A stretch of 64,000 nt of DNA, taken from the human T2T-CHM13v2.0 reference genome, Homo sapiens. This document shows, one piece after another, positions 1-15,845 of this stretch. Numbering within the stretch: the first letter of the stretch is position 1; every line of letters starts with the position of its first letter. The notes under the pieces are model-generated. The model saw nothing but the letters and a program-made list of their open reading frames with translations. It made no database searches and was not told the origin of the DNA. The DNA is taken from the NCBI RefSeq assembly GCF_009914755.1, contig NC_060947.1. The stretch is one strand, 5' to 3'. Position numbers and translations under genes: made by a program.

Positions 1-2391
1 AGATTTTAAAACAGGTTGGGATTTTTTTTTTCTAGTGTGTAAGCTCTGAGTTCTTTGAGCGTCTGTATCCATGGACGTAATATTTCTGTGCTGCTTGGGG
101 GTCTGCATCCCAGGGTGTGAGATCTGTGTTCCCGGGGAGTTTGTATCACAGTGTCTCTGGGCTCGTGGTAGGTCTGTGTTCACATCATGAGGTGTCTGTG
201 TCTTTAGGGGTCTGTATGCTGGATTTGAGGTCTCCCAGCTATTTGGTGTGATCTGTGCAGAATTTGAGGTCTCTGGGCTCTGGGGTTTCTGAACTCAGAG
301 TGTGACTTCTCTGAGCTGTTTAGGGGTCTGTGCCAATGTGTAAGATCTATTAGCTATTTGGACTCTGTTTTATGAGGGTCCTGAACTGGTTGGCTGTTTT
401 GCAGGGTGTGAGGTCTCTGGCTGTTTGGGAATTTGCATTCTTTATGTATATAGTTTTGGGTCTGTGTCTAAGATGTGTCCGTCTGCAGGTCTCTGAGCTG
501 TTTCTGTGTCTGTTCTCAGACTGTCAGGTCTCTGAGGTGTCTGGGGAGTCTGCATTCAGAATGTGATGCTTCTGCACACTTTGAGTACCTGTGCTTGAGA
601 AAGTCAATCTCCTGAGCCATTTGGAAATCTCTGTTTATGATATAAGATCTCTCAGTTGTGTGGCCATCTTTGTCCAGAGTATAAGATCTCTGAGCAATTT
701 GGGGGTCCCTGTCCAAGGTGTGAATTGTTTCAGCAGTTTGAGGGTCCTCATATCGGAGTGTGAGGTCTCTAAGTTGATTGTTTCATATTTAATGTCTGTC
801 TGTTGTTTGGAGGTTGGTGCTCAGGGATGAGGTCTCTGAACTCTGGAGTTCTGTGTTCCAAGGTATGAGTCTGAAGTATTTCAAAGTCTGTTAGGGCTAT
901 GAAGTCTCTAAACTTTTTGAGGGTCTGTATTTCAAGTTGTTTGAATCTGTGGTATTTGGGGTTTTGTATTCCAGGTGTGAGGTCTCTGAACTAATTAAGG
1001 GTATGGGTTCCAAGGTGTAAGTCGAAAGTACTTTCAGTCTGTGTTTAGGGTATGAGGCCGCTGAAATCTTTGACGACATTTTCCCCAAGGTTTTAGTCTG
1101 TTGATTTGGGGTCCGAGTTCAGGATTTGGGGTTTTAAGTGCTTGAATGATCTGTGGCCTAAGGTCTGAAGTAAGTGTTCAGGGTGTGTGGTTTCTGAAAT
1201 CTCTGAGTGTATTTCTTGGGGTTTGAATATGGGAAAGCTGGGTGTCTTTTTCAGAGTGTGAAGTCTCTGAACTTATAGAGGGTTGCTGACAAGGTTTGGA
1301 TTGGAGGTATTTGAGGGCCTGTTTTCAGGCTGTGTGGTCTCTGAGCTTTTAAAGGGTCTTTGTCCTAAGGTTTTAGTGTGAATTATTTGGGCTTCTGCCT
1401 AAGATGTGAAGTCCTTGAATTTTTAGAAGGTGTATGTCCCAAGGATAGAGTCTAAGATGTTTGGACATGTGTCCAGTAGAGTTCTAAGTTTGGGTTAAGG
1501 TATTTGGGGCCTGAATTCAGGGTGTGAGATACATGATCTTTAAGGGTCTGTATTCCAAGTTTTGAGTTTGAAGCATTTGGAGGTTTATGTTCAGAGTGTC
1601 AGGTCTGAACTCATGGAAGGTCTGTGTTGCAAGGTTTCAGTTTAAGGCATTTTGGGATCTTTGATCAGGTTGTAAGTTCTCAAGAATCATTGAGAGTTTG
1701 CAATCCAAGGTTTGAGTCTGAGACATGTGGGTGTCTCTGTTCAGGATATAAAGTCTCTGAACTCTTTGAGGGTGTGTGTCTCAATTTTTTTTTTGTCTAA
1801 GTTTTTGGAGGACTGTGTTCACAGTGTGAGGTCTCTAAACTCTCTGAGGATCTGTGTCCCAATGTTGGAATCAGGTATTCGGGGTCAATATCTAATGGTG
1901 TGATATCTCTGAAAACATTGAAGGTCTGTGTTTTAATGTTTAAGTCTGACATATTTGGAGGGTCATATTCAAGTGTGAGGTCTCTGGAACTTTAGGAAAT
2001 TACCAAGATTTTATGAGTCAGTCATTTAGTAGCAGTGTACAGGGTATGAGGTATCCGAACTTTTGGAGTTTCTGTATCCAAATACTTGGTTCTGAGGTAT
2101 TTGGGGGTCTGTAGTCAGGGTGTGAGATCTCTGAACTTTTAGAGTGTCTATGTACCAAGCTTTTATTGTGAGTTATTTGGAGTCTGTATTCAGGGCAGGA
2201 AGTCTCTGAATTTTTGAGGGCTCTGAATTTTTAAAGTCTCTGTCCCAAGATTTGAGTCTGATGTTTCTGGGGATCTGTGTTCAGGATTTGGGGTCTCTAC
2301 TATTTGAGGGCCTTTGTTCCAATTTTTCAGCTCAAAGTGTCTGGGAGTCCATGTTTAAGGTGTGTTGTGTTTGAAGGCATTAAATCTGAGG

Positions 2392-2751
2392 TGTATTCGT
2401 CCGTTTTCACACTGCTGATAAAGACATACCCGAGACTGGGAAGAAAAAGAAGTTTAATAGACTTACAGTTCCACATGGCTGTGGAGGCCTCACAATCATG
2501 GTGGAAGTCAAGGAGGAGCAAGTCACATCTTACATGAATGGCGGCAGGCAAAGAAGGAGAGCTTGTGCAGGGAAACTCCCATTTTTAAAACCATCAGATC
2601 TCGTAAGACTCACTCACCATCACAAGAACAGCAAGGGAAAGACCCGACCCCATGATTCAACCATCTCCCACCAGGTTCCTCCCACAACATGTTGGAATTA
2701 TAGGAGCTACAAGATGAGATTTGGGTGGGGACACAGAACCAAACCATATCA
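2392..2751 (-). mobile_element. THE1-family (MaLR) solo LTR inserted in the array
   Basis: Termini tgtattcgtccgttttcacactgc ... gggacacagaaccaaaccatatca; 5-bp TSD TGAGG (2387-2391, 2752-2756). Confidence 0.93.
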
Positions 2752-5700
2752 TGAGGGATCTGAGGTGAATGTTCAGGGTGTGAAGTCTCTGAATTTTAGA
2801 GGGTCTTTGTTCTAACGCTTTAGTGTGAATTACTTAAGGTCTGAGTTGGAGTTTGAGCTGAGTGATTTTTTAAAGGGTGTCTGTCCCAAGTTTGAGTTGG
2901 TGGTATTTGTGGTCTTTGTTCAGGGTATGATGTCTCTGAACTCCTTGAGGGTCTATTTTTGCAAGGTTTGAGTCTGAGGACTTGGGCGTCAGTATTCTGG
3001 TCAAGAGGCCTCCCAAATTTATGAGAGTCTGATGTTTGAGTCTGAGGCACTGAGGATCCTCTGAACTATTGAAGATCTATGTCCCAAAGGATGAGTTTGG
3101 AGTATTTAGGGGTCTGTGTTTAGTATGTTAGTTCCCTGAACTCTTGGAGGATTTTGATTTTAACGTTTGAAACTGAGATATAAGAACATGTGTGCAGAGT
3201 GGTGTGGACTATGTACTCATTGAAGTCTGTCCCCCATGGCTTGAAACCAATGTGTTTTAGGGTCAATATTTAGGGTATCAGGTCTCTGAATTTTTATTAT
3301 GTCTGTGTCTTAATATTTGAGTCTGAGGTATTTGCAGGTTCATATTCAGAGTGCAAGGACTCTGAAATCTTTGAGAGTATGAGTTACAAGGTTTAAGTCT
3401 GAGGTGTTGGGAGGTCAATGGTCAGACTGTTTTCTCATATCTTTGAGGGTTCATATTTGAATGTTTGAGTCTGACATATTTGGGGATCTATATTCAGGGT
3501 ACGCAATTTCTGAACTATTGGGGATCTGTGTCCCAGGGTATCAGTCTATAGTATTTGAGGGTCTTTTCATAGTGTTAGGACTTTAAACGCTGAGGAATCT
3601 GGGTTTTGATGCCTGAGTCTGAGGTCTGGGAATCTGTATTTAGGGAGTGTGGTCCTTGAACTCTTTGAAGGTCTGTGTCCTGAACTTTCAACCTGAGCTA
3701 TCTGGGGATCATTGCTCAGGGTGTGAGGCCTGTAGACTTTTAGAGTGTGACGGAGGCTTTGTGTGCCAATTTTTGGGTCAGCGTTCAGGGTGTGAGGCCT
3801 CTGAACTTTCTAGAGAGTCTATATCTTAAGGTTTTAGTCTGAGGTGTTTGGAGGTCTGTGTTCAGGGCTTGCGATCTTTGAATGCTTTGGCAGTTTGTGT
3901 CCCAAGATTGAGTTGGAGGTGTTTCAGGGTCTGTGTTTAGGGTTTGAGGTCTCTGAGTTCTTTGAAGGTCTGAGTCCCAAGGTTTGTTCCCATTTTTGTG
4001 TCTGAAGTATGTAGGGGTCCATGTTCAAAGTGTGTTGTATTTGAACTCATTGACTGTTGCATCGCAGGGTTTAAATCTGAGCGTCAGTGTTCAGGGTGTG
4101 AGGTCTCTCAATTTTTAGAAGAGCTTTAACCCCAGTTTTTTAGGGTCAATTATTTGGGGGTCTAATTTTAGGGTGTGAAGTCCATAATTTTTAAGGGTCT
4201 CTGTTTCAAGCTTGGGTCATGATTTTTGTGGTGTGTTTTCACGGTGTTTGACATTTGAATTCTCTGAAGTTCTGTGTCTCAACTCCTAAGACCAAGGTAA
4301 AGGGGAGTCTCTGTACTTGGCATGAGGTCTCTTTACCCTTTGAGGGTCTGTTTCAAGGTTTGAGTCTGAATTATTTGGGTCTGTGTTCAGAGTTTGAGAT
4401 CTTTGAACTTTTTAGAGGGCCAGTGTCTCAATATTTGAGACTGAGGTATGTGGGCCCATGTTCAGGTTGTGAGGTGTCTGAGCTCATTGGCGTTTTGTGT
4501 CCAAGATATGAGTCAGAGCTATTTGGTGACCTGTGTTCAGAGTTTGAGTTTTGAAAGTCTGAGTTCCAAAGTATGAATCTGAGGAATTTCTGTGTCTGCT
4601 CATGAGTTCACTAAACTATTGAGGGTCTGTGTTTTAAGCTTTGACTCTGACATATTTGGGGTGTGTACTTGGGTGTGAGGTCCTTGAACTTTTAGGTGTG
4701 ATTAAGGCTTTTTGTATCAATTTTTTTGGTCAATGTTTAAGGTGTAAGGCCTCTGACTTTTCTAGAGAGTCTGTATCTTAATGTCTTAGTCTGAGGTATT
4801 TGGAGGTCTGTGTTAAGGGTTTAAGGTCTCTGAACTCTTTGGTAGTTTGTGTCCCAAGAATTGAGTCTAAGGTATTTTGGGGGCCTTTGTTTAAGATTTG
4901 AGGTCCCTGACCTCTTTGAGAGTCTGAGTCTCAAGTTGTACCAATTGGTGTCTGTTCCAATTTTTGTGTCTAAAATATTTGGGTGTTCATATTCAGGATG
5001 TGTTTTGTTTAAATTCATTGAAGTTCTGTGTTCCAGTGCTTGAGTCTGAAGTTTGTGGGGGTCAGTTTCAGAATGTTAAGGTTCTCTGAATTTTTATAGG
5101 TCTTTGTTCCAGAGTTTTAGCATAAATTATGTGTTGTCTGAATTCAGGGTGTGAAGTCTGTGTTTTTCCCAATTTTGGGTCAGTGGCATTTGTGGTCTGT
5201 GCTTAGGGTGTGAGGTCTCTGCATGCATTGAGGGTTTGTGTTCCAAGGTTGAATCTAGGTACCTGGTGGCCAGGGCGGGGGGGTGTCTGTATTCAGTTTG
5301 TGAGGACTTTAAAATCTTTGAGGGGTTGTACTTTGACGTTTAAGTCTGATATATTTGGGGATTTTCATTCAGGGTATGAGGTTTCTTTATTATTGAGCCT
5401 TTGTGTCCCATGGTATATGTTTGTGCTGTTTGGGTTTGAGTTTTAGGTGTTTTGAGACCTGTATTCAGAGCATGAGGTCTCTGAACCGCAGTCCCAGGAT
5501 GTGAAGTTTCTAAGCTGTTTGGGATTCTCTAAACCAGTGTCGATGACATGTTCCTGTTTGTGGGTCTGGTTCCAGGGTATGTGGACTGGGCACTTTTGTG
5601 GACTCTCTAAGGTAAGAGTTCTTGGAGCTATTTTAGGATCTGTGTTTAAAGTGTGAGGATTCTGAACATTTTTTGGATCTTTTTTCAGAATGTTAGGTCT

Positions 5701-6559
5701 CTGAACTCTGGGGAATCTCAGTTAATGTTTGAGTCCAAAGTATCTGGGGATATGTGTTCAGAGTGTGAAGCTTCTGAACTCTTTGAAGGTGTGTCCCAAG
5801 GTATGAGTGTGATGTACTTGGGCTCTATGTTCAAAGTTTAATGTCTGTGAACTTTTGGAGGGTCTGCATCTCAATATTTGAGTAATTTTAATTTGTGGGT
5901 CTGTGCTCAGGGTGTGAGGTCTGTGAATTCTTTGAGGGTCTGAGTCCCAAATCTAAGGTATTTGTGTGTCTCTGTTCATGGGGTGAATCTTGAAGTCTTT
6001 GAGGGTCTGTATTCCAAGGTTTTGAGTTGGAAGTGTTTGGTTGTCCGTGTTGAAAGTGTGAGGTCTCTGAATTGTTTGAGCGCCTTTGTTTCAAGTTTTG
6101 AATATGAGTTTCCTGGTGGGTTCGGGAGTGGTCTGTTTTCAGTCTGTGAAGTTTCTAAGCTTTTTGGTGTCTGTGCTCCAAGGTCTGAGTTTTAGGTGTT
6201 TTGAGGCCTGTATTCAGGGCATGAGGTCTCTGAACTCAGCAAGGTGTGTGTTCCAAAGTTTGAGTTTGAGGTGTTTAGGGGACTGCATTCATGGTGTGAG
6301 TTCTCTGAACTCTTTGAGGGTCTGTAGTCTAAATGTTCAGTTTGAGGTATTTGGAGGTCTTCGGTCAGGGAGTGAGATCTCTGAAGTCTTTGAGGGTCTG
6401 TTTCCCACAGCTCGAGTCTATTGTTTTTAGGACCAGTATAGAGAGTACGTCTTCTCTGAACTCATTCGGAGTCTGTGTTCAGGGTGTGAAGTCTCTTAAC
6501 TCACTAAGGGTCTATGTTCCAAAGCTGAGAATCTCTTAATTCTTCAAGAGCAGTGTTTC

Positions 6560-6878
<319 letters not shown>

Positions 6879-9800
6879 TCAGTCTGAGTATTAGGGCCTA
6901 TGTTCCCATGTTTTGTCCCTGATAACTGGGGTGAGAGGGGCATGTGTCCTTGTTCCAGGATGTAAGGATGCTGAACTGTTTAGGGCTTTGTGTTCAGGGT
7001 GTGAGGTCTGTGATTTGTGCAGAGGTCTCTGAGGTGTCTGTGAATTTGTGTTTAGTGTGAGAGGTTGCTGAGTTCTTTTGGTGTCTTCGTGCAGAGAGTG
7101 AAGTCTTTATACTCTTTGGTCAGTTACAGGGTGTGAAGTTTCTGAGCTCTTTGGGGCTCTCTAAATCAGTGCTGATGAAGTATTCCTGTTTGTGGGTCTG
7201 GTTCCAGGGTGTGTGAACTGGGCACTGTTGTGGACTCCCTAAGGTATGAGTTCTTGGAGCTATTTTAAGATCTGTGTTTAAAGTGTGAGGTCTCTGAAAA
7301 TTTTTTTGAATCTGTGTTCCTGGCTTTGAAATTTTTAAACTCTTTGGAACACTGTGTTTCACAGTGAGAGGTCTCTTAGATTTTGGGATTCTTTGGCCAG
7401 GTTATGAGGTATTTGTTCTGCTTATGGGTCTGTGTTCAGTTTATGAGGTCTTTGGCTAATTGTGTGTCTGTGTGCCAGGTAGAAGACCATTTAGCTTTGG
7501 AGTTCATTGTTCAGAGAATGAACTATTGGGACTTTTGAAGGTCTCTGGACAGAATGGGGGTCTGTGCCCAGGGTGTAAAGTCCATGATCTCTTTTGGTGT
7601 CTGTGTCCCAGAAGGTGAGGTTTTAAGCTTTTTTGAGGTTTTTGAGGGGGGTTCTCTGACCATGACTTTGACAAAGTGGTCCAAGGTGTGAGATTTCTAA
7701 GTTAATTGTGGGTCTGTTTCCCAATGTTCAAGGTCTTTCACCTGTAAGGGGATCTGTGTTCAGGTTCAGAGGTCTGTAAATCTGTTTCTAGGTCTTTGCC
7801 CTGGATATTAGATCTCTGAATTGTTTGTTTCTTTCCAAGCGTGAGATCTTTCAGCTTTTTGGAGGCTTGTGTTCAGGCTGTGATATCTGTAAGCTCTGTG
7901 GGGATCTGTGTCCCAAATTTTGAGGTGTCTGAGGTCTTCTGGGTCTGGATTTTTGGTGTGAGGTCTCAGAACACCCTTTGTCCCAAAGTGTAAGGATGCT
8001 GAACTGTTTGGGAGTTTGTGTGCAGGTTGTGAGGTCTCTGAATTCTTTAGTTGTCCAAATCTATGGTCTGACTGTGGGTGAGGTCTTGAGCTCCTTGGGG
8101 GCCTTTCTCTCAGGGTGTGAGTTTTTTGTGCCTTATACAACTCTGTGGTCTAGGATGTAAGATCTACTTACTGTTTGGTGGTCTGATTCCTATGGTATGA
8201 GTTCTGTGGCTTCTAGGTGGTCTGTGTTCAGGGTGTGGATTCCTTGAGCTCTTTGCAGGGATTGTGTAGACTCTACACTGTAGAGGATTTGGGAATCAAA
8301 GCTATGAGGGTATATTGTCAGCTCTCTGAAGAGTTTGATGGTCTATTTTCCAGTACATGTTTTCTATGGCTCTTTGAGGAAGGGTTCTGTGCCCCAGAAT
8401 GTGAGGTATCTGAACTTTTGGTGAGTCTGTTTAGCGTGTGAGTCTTGTGAGCCTTTTGGAGGTCTGTTCCAAGGGCATGAGGTTTTTGAGTTCTTTGGTG
8501 TTCTGTTTACAAGATATGAGCTCTCTGAGCTGTTCACATGTCTGTCAAGACTGTGAGTTGTCTGAGTTGCTTGGAAGAAGTGGTCCAAGGTGTGGGCTCT
8601 CTAAGGTCTTTGGGGCTCTGTGTCCAGGGTTTTAAGTCTCTGACCTAGTTAAGGGTCTTTGCCTAGGCTTGAAGGTCACTCAACTCTTCGGACATCCATT
8701 CTCAAGGTAGTGAAGTCTATGGATATTTAGGGGTCTAGATCCTCAGTGTAAAATGACTTAACTCTAAGGGTGTGTTTGTCCCTGATGTGAGGTCTCTGAT
8801 CTAGCTGAGTATGTGCGATCCAGGGTATTTTAGCAAGATGTTTGAGGATCTGTGCCAGAGTGTGAAGACTCTGCTGTTCAGAACTGTCTGTTCTGGATGT
8901 GAAGTTTATGAGCTGTGTAGGGGTCTGTGTCCTTCTAGGATTTGGGCTCTGTTACTTGTAGATCTGTATCCATAGTGTGAGGCCTTTGGGGGTCTCTTTC
9001 CACAGTGTAAAGTCTCTTCGCTGCTTCAGGATTTTTGTCCCGGGGTGTCAGGTCTATGAACTCTTTGGGGTCTGAATCTAGTCCTTTGGCTTCAGCCCCT
9101 CCAGGGGTTCATCTCTAGAGTGCATAAAGGTGGGCAGGGAGTAGGCAGGGGTGGGGATGAGGAGTGAGGGATGGAACAGGCCTCTCCCAGGAGCGGTGAT
9201 GGAACAGCCCACTTTGGGAAGTTCCAATGAGTAGGGGCCACCCATTTCAAGATAAATTATCATGTGTGTTGGGTTTGGTGCTTGGGAAGACATACAAGGG
9301 CCACTTCACCTTGGCAGTGGATCTATGACAGCCCTTGGTGGACACAAAGGTTATTCTGTCTTGAGTGTCTTAAGTCTCCATCTCCTCCTCCAAGCTGCTT
9401 CTACCCGGCCTCATGAAAACACCTGTTTTTGGTTTGCTGTGGCCATATGCTCAGTGTCCTCTAGTGCTATTTCTTTTACCATCCCTCCTCTCTGTATCTA
9501 GGCTATGGGATTGTACCCAGGGTCAGGCAATCAGCTTTGGTATGAGGAAGGCAGGATGGAGGAACTTTGTGGTTCCTAATTGATCTATGAATTTCCAGTG
9601 AGCAGATCCTATCCCACCTTCAGGACAAGGTGTTGTTTCGTCCTTTGATAACTTGACCAGAAACACTGTTATCACCTGCTGTGTGATTCCATCACAAGTT
9701 ACTTGAAGCCACTGAGTCCACAAATGCAATGAAAAGAAAACGTGAAGGTAATAATGACTATGACTCCATGTGAAGAGGATGATGAGGGCTTAATGCAAGT

Positions 9801-11272
9801 CACAGATGGTGCTAGCTCCTATTCTGAGGTATAGAAAGGGAGTATTCAGGATCTTACTAAGGATAAGGTTTTTGATGCAGTGTGTTCTCTGTACCCTTCC
9901 ACTCCCCTACTCCTCTGGGTTACTCTCTGTATTACCTTTTATTTTACTTGGTTGTAAGTTGTCTGAGAGATTTTTAGGGTCCCCCACTATACTTTGTCAT
10001 CTTTGGAGTCGGTGCTAATATCTTAACCTTGTTCCACCAGTGCAAAGTCCCTGTATGGAGGTGTTTTATGTTAAATTGGAGGTGAGGGCTGGATGCATTT
10101 GTAAAACCTGGGTTAAATATGACTATTTTAATGTCCTTTTAAGGTGAAATGATTACAATTGACAAATCGAATTTGTCAAAGTTCTGGCAAAAAAACTTGG
10201 TTCAAATTTCGTTTCTAAAAACAATTAACTTGGGGAGATCTGGTTTACTATTGCAGCAGAAGTCCATTATAGCCCGTCTCTCTGGTTGACTACAACTCAA
10301 AACTCTGGACAAAATACAAAAGCAATTACTTGAGGATTCTGAAAAGTAAGCTAAAGCAGTTGGATTGTGGGGGTGAGGCAAAATTTACAGAAGCTATTGG
10401 GATTAGATTACTGGATGTCTTTATTTTTTATTTCATGACGTTGACCCCAGTCCAGGTAGTGCAGGTGACTAATACTCTGAGAGAAACACTATCCTTTGGC
10501 CAGAGGAAACAGGAATAGGGATCCATATGAATCCTGCACAAGTCTTAGCCTAGTCCCTGAGCTATGCATGTGTAGAACAGACCAAGACCAGTGTAGCAAA
10601 AACTGAGGGAACTGAGCTGTGATTTGAACTGCCCTCTCTAGTTTAAGACTAACATCTGAACTATACATGTACAGAGCAGACACAAACCAAAGTAGCAAAA
10701 GCTTAGAGAGTTGAACTGAGATTAGAACCACCACTCATATGGGAACAGATAGAAGTTCAGTTATGACTCTAACTGGGTTGATTTCCTGCTAAAACTAAAA
10801 TATCAACATTCTTCAAAGGACCCAGAATCTACAGAAGAACATATTACATATAATGGCCAAGGCACAAATCAAAATTTGCTTGACTATAGCAACCATTTTA
10901 CTATGTAAAAGCACATCAAAACATCATATTGCATACTATACATATATAAAATAAAATAGTAACAATAATAAAAAACAAAAAACTAAAAAATTACTTGGAA
11001 AAAAAATACAGCAAAATGCTTCCAGTTCTCAAGGGAAAAGACTAATGCCATCCCCAAGATGACCTAGTTGTTGGAAATTTCAGACAAAGACTTGAAAGTA
11101 GCTATTTTAACTGTGTTCCATGAAGTAAAGGAAAATATACTTGAATTTAATGAAAGCATAGGAATTCTCAACAGAGAAATAGAAATTTTAACGAAGAATT
11201 ACATGAAAATGTTAGCACTGAAAAATAAAATATCTCAAAAATTTCACTGTATGGGTTAAAATAGAATAATGG

Positions 11273-11667
<395 letters not shown>

Positions 11668-13218
11668 TTAGTTTTTAAATGGACAGATCCTCAGAAACCA
11701 ATAGGACAATATCAAAAATTTTCACATTAGTGTAATTGGAGTTCCAGAAGGAGAGAAAAAAGAGATAGTAATATAAAAGACATTTAAAGATATGATGGCT
11801 GAAAATTCCCCAAATTTGGTAAAAGACCACCACACACTCAGACACATCATAATCAAAGTGCTGAAAAGCAAAGATGAAGAAAACCTGTCTTGAAAGTTGC
11901 CAGAGAAAATGGCACATTACATAGAAAGGTACAATTCAAATGGCTGCAGATTTCTTATCAGAAATCATGAAAGCCAGAGGATAGTGGAATGCCATCTTTG
12001 AAGTCCTGAAAGAAAAGAACGGTCAACCCAGAGATCTATTTCAAGTGAAAATATTATTCAGGAATGAAGGTAAAATAAAGACATACTCAGATGAAAGAAA
12101 CAACAGTCCTGCTCTATTAAGAAATACTAAAGGAAGTTCTTCAAGTTGAAGGGAAATGATATAAGAAGGAAATGAAGATAGTTGGTAATGATGGAAGAGC
12201 AACAGAAATAGTAAATAACTAGGTAAATATAATTTTCCCTCTGAAGTTTTCTAAAATACATATGTTTGCTTAAACAAAAAATTATAATATTGTCTGATGA
12301 GGGTTTTCATAGATGTAGATGTAATATATCTGACCACTGTAACATACAGGTCACTGGGAGTGGAATAAAGGGAACTATATGTTTGCAATGTTTCTACATT
12401 TCACATGAAGTGGTAGGCTTCTGCTTCTGGCCAAGATGGAGTAATAGGAGCCAGAATCACCTTTCCCCAGACTAGCAGAACTACATGCATAAATAGGTAG
12501 TCTCCAACTTCAGTTAGAGGTTTCAGTACCTCTTTCAATAATTGATAGAAAAAGCAGACAGAAAATCAGTGAGCATATAGAAGATTTGAACAAGACTCTT
12601 AATCAAGTTGACCTATTGGTATTTGTAGAACACATCACACAACAAATGCAGAATGCATTCTCATTTCAAGTGCCTATGGAACATGCACCAAGATATTCTG
12701 AGCTATATAATAGATTTCAATAAGTTTAAAAGGATTCAAGTCATGCAAAGTCTATTTTCTGACTCCAGTGAAATTAGAGATCAATAACATAAAGATCTCT
12801 GGAAAATCTCCAAACGTTTTGAAACTAAATAACTCTACGTAACCCATGGATCAAAGGGAAATTAAAAAGTATTTGAGCTAAATGGAAATAGAAGTACTGT
12901 ATATCAAGATTTGTGGGATGCCATTAAAGGCATACTTGGAGGAGTATTTATTACATCAAACTCCCATATTAGAAAAGAAGAAATTCATAGCTAAGAAAGT
13001 TGTAGACTATAGTTAATAACAATATATTGTATATTTGAAAATTTCTAAGAGAGTAGATTTTAAATATTCTCATCACAAAGATAGATAAGTATGTGAGGTA
13101 ATATATGTATTAATTATCTTGATTTAGCTATTCCATAATGTATACAGTTATCAAAACATCATGTTGTATACCATAAATATATATAAATGCTATTTGTCAA
13201 TTAAGAAATGGAAAAGAA

Positions 13219-13591
<373 letters not shown>

Positions 13592-15494
13592 TCATCTTGA
13601 GAAACTAGAAAAATAATAGCAAATTAAACTCAAAGCAAGTACATCAAGTGGTATGATATAAATTCAAACTAGACACTGTGAAAGGTTAGATGTGTATATT
13701 ATAATTCTAATAATGAGACAAAAAAGACAACAGATAAATTAAAAGGAAGACCAAATATATTCAAATAATTCAAAAGAAGGCAGGAAATGGGGAAAAAGAA
13801 CAGATAAATAAGCAAATAAAAGCCAGAAGGAATAAACAGAACAAGTCCCTTCCCAATAACCTCAGAGCCAAAATACAACCCTGCCAACTATTACATTAAA
13901 TGTTAACAGTATAAACAATTCAATTAAAATGCAGAGATACATAGAGTAAATAAAAAGCCAGGCCCTACTAAATACTACACATAAAAGACATACTTTAAAT
14001 ATAAAGAGACAGAGAGTTTCAAAAGTAAATGGATAGAAAAGTTATACTATACACAGGAAAAAATATGAGAAGACTGGAGTGGGTTTTATAAATCAGACAA
14101 AATAGACTTGAAGACAGTATTATCACAAATGAAAGGGAAATGTCATAATCATAAAGATGACAGTACCTTAGAAATATGTAACAATTATAAATGGTATACA
14201 CCTAATGATAGAGTCTCAATGCACATAAAGTAAAAATAGACAGAACTGTAATAGATTTTAACAACACTTCTTACTTGATAGAATAACAAGACCAAAAAAA
14301 TTGTAGAAGGCATAGAAGGTTTGAAGATCACTATCAAGCACCTTGACCTAATTGACATCTATAGAATACTTCATGCAACAATTACAGAATATAAAGTCTT
14401 TTCAAGAGCACATGATACATTTCACCACAATAGATCAGAGGCTGAACCTTAAAATATACCTCAATAAATTTTAAAGAGTCAAGGTCATACAGAGTACATT
14501 CTATGGTTATTAGATTAGAAATCAATTATAATCTGATATATTGGAAATCTCCAAATATCTGAAAATTAAACAACACACTTTTAAATGATTCATGGGTCAA
14601 AAATGAAATCACAAGGGAAATTAGAAAATGTTTTGAGCTGAATGATAAAGTAGAACAAATCAAAATTCAGGGGATTGAACTACAGAGATGCTTAGAGGGA
14701 AATTTATAGCTTTAAATGGTAATATTAGAAAAGAAGTACATAAAATCAATTATCTAAGGTTTCCCCTTAAGAAGCTAAACAAAAAAGTACAAAGTTAACC
14801 CTTGGTAACAAGAAGGAAGGAAAAATAATGATAATAATAGGACTCAACATTATAGGAAACAGATAATAGAGAAAATTAACAAATCCAAAGCAGATCTTTG
14901 AAAAGATCAACAAACTTGACAAACCTCTAATTAAACTAAAGAAGAAAACTAAAGAGAGGAAACAAATCACTAATATTAGGAACATACATGAGATTTTCAC
15001 CAGGGACCCTGCAGACATTCAAAGGATAATAAGAAAAATAGTAAACAACTTTCAGCCAACAAATTTGACAACATAGATATGTCAAGTGGGGAAAGAAGTC
15101 AAACTTTGATTCAGACCAAATTTCTGCATGGTCACCTCCTTGGGAAGCTCTTGAATGGCCCATCAGTTATTCTGAGTTGGGTCTAGATGACTGTGCCTTT
15201 ATACCCCTATGTTGATCAGTCATTAAATGGGGGCTATCCAGGGAAGGAGTGTGATCTTTAGTGAAGCATCTGCCTACAGTTGAGACAGTCCTTGAAGGGG
15301 CTGACAGCTGTCTGATAATAGCACACCCAGCAACTGAGGTAATAAGCCCTTCATTGGAGGGGGACTGGGTAGTTAATTAATGTCCACCACGGGTCCTTAT
15401 AGGAACACTTGAAAGCAGTTCAACACTGTCAGTGACAATGCAGGGCACCTTGAGATGGAGAGAATTAAAGGCATGATGTCTTATTAAAGTAATG

Positions 15495-15845
15495 GGTCCG
15501 GGCACGGTAGCTCACGCCTGTAATCCTAGCACTTTGAGAGGCGGAGGTGGGCGGATTGCCTGAGCTCAGGAGTTCGAGACCAGCCTGGGCAACACGGTGA
15601 AACCCTGTCTCTACTAAAATACAAAAAATTAGCCAGGCATGGTGGCATGCGCCTGTAGTTCCAGCTACTCAGGAGGCTGAGGCAGCAGAATTGCTTGAAC
15701 CTGGGAGGCAGAGGTTGCAGCGAGCTGAGGATCATGCCACTGCACTCCAGCCTGGGAGACAGAGCAAGACTCCGTCTCCAAAAAATAATAAATAAATAAA
15801 TAAATAAACAAATAAATAAAATTAATTAATTAATTAATTAAATAA
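15495..15845 (+). mobile_element. AluS element with (taaa)n tail
   Basis: Alu consensus. Confidence 0.93.

Noticed and set aside
830-6450. CRISPR-like look (palindromic ~39-bp repeat alternating with ~37-bp segments)
   Set aside because: The intervening segments are homologous to each other and to the repeat, the repeats are highly degenerate, there are no cas genes, and the context is mammalian
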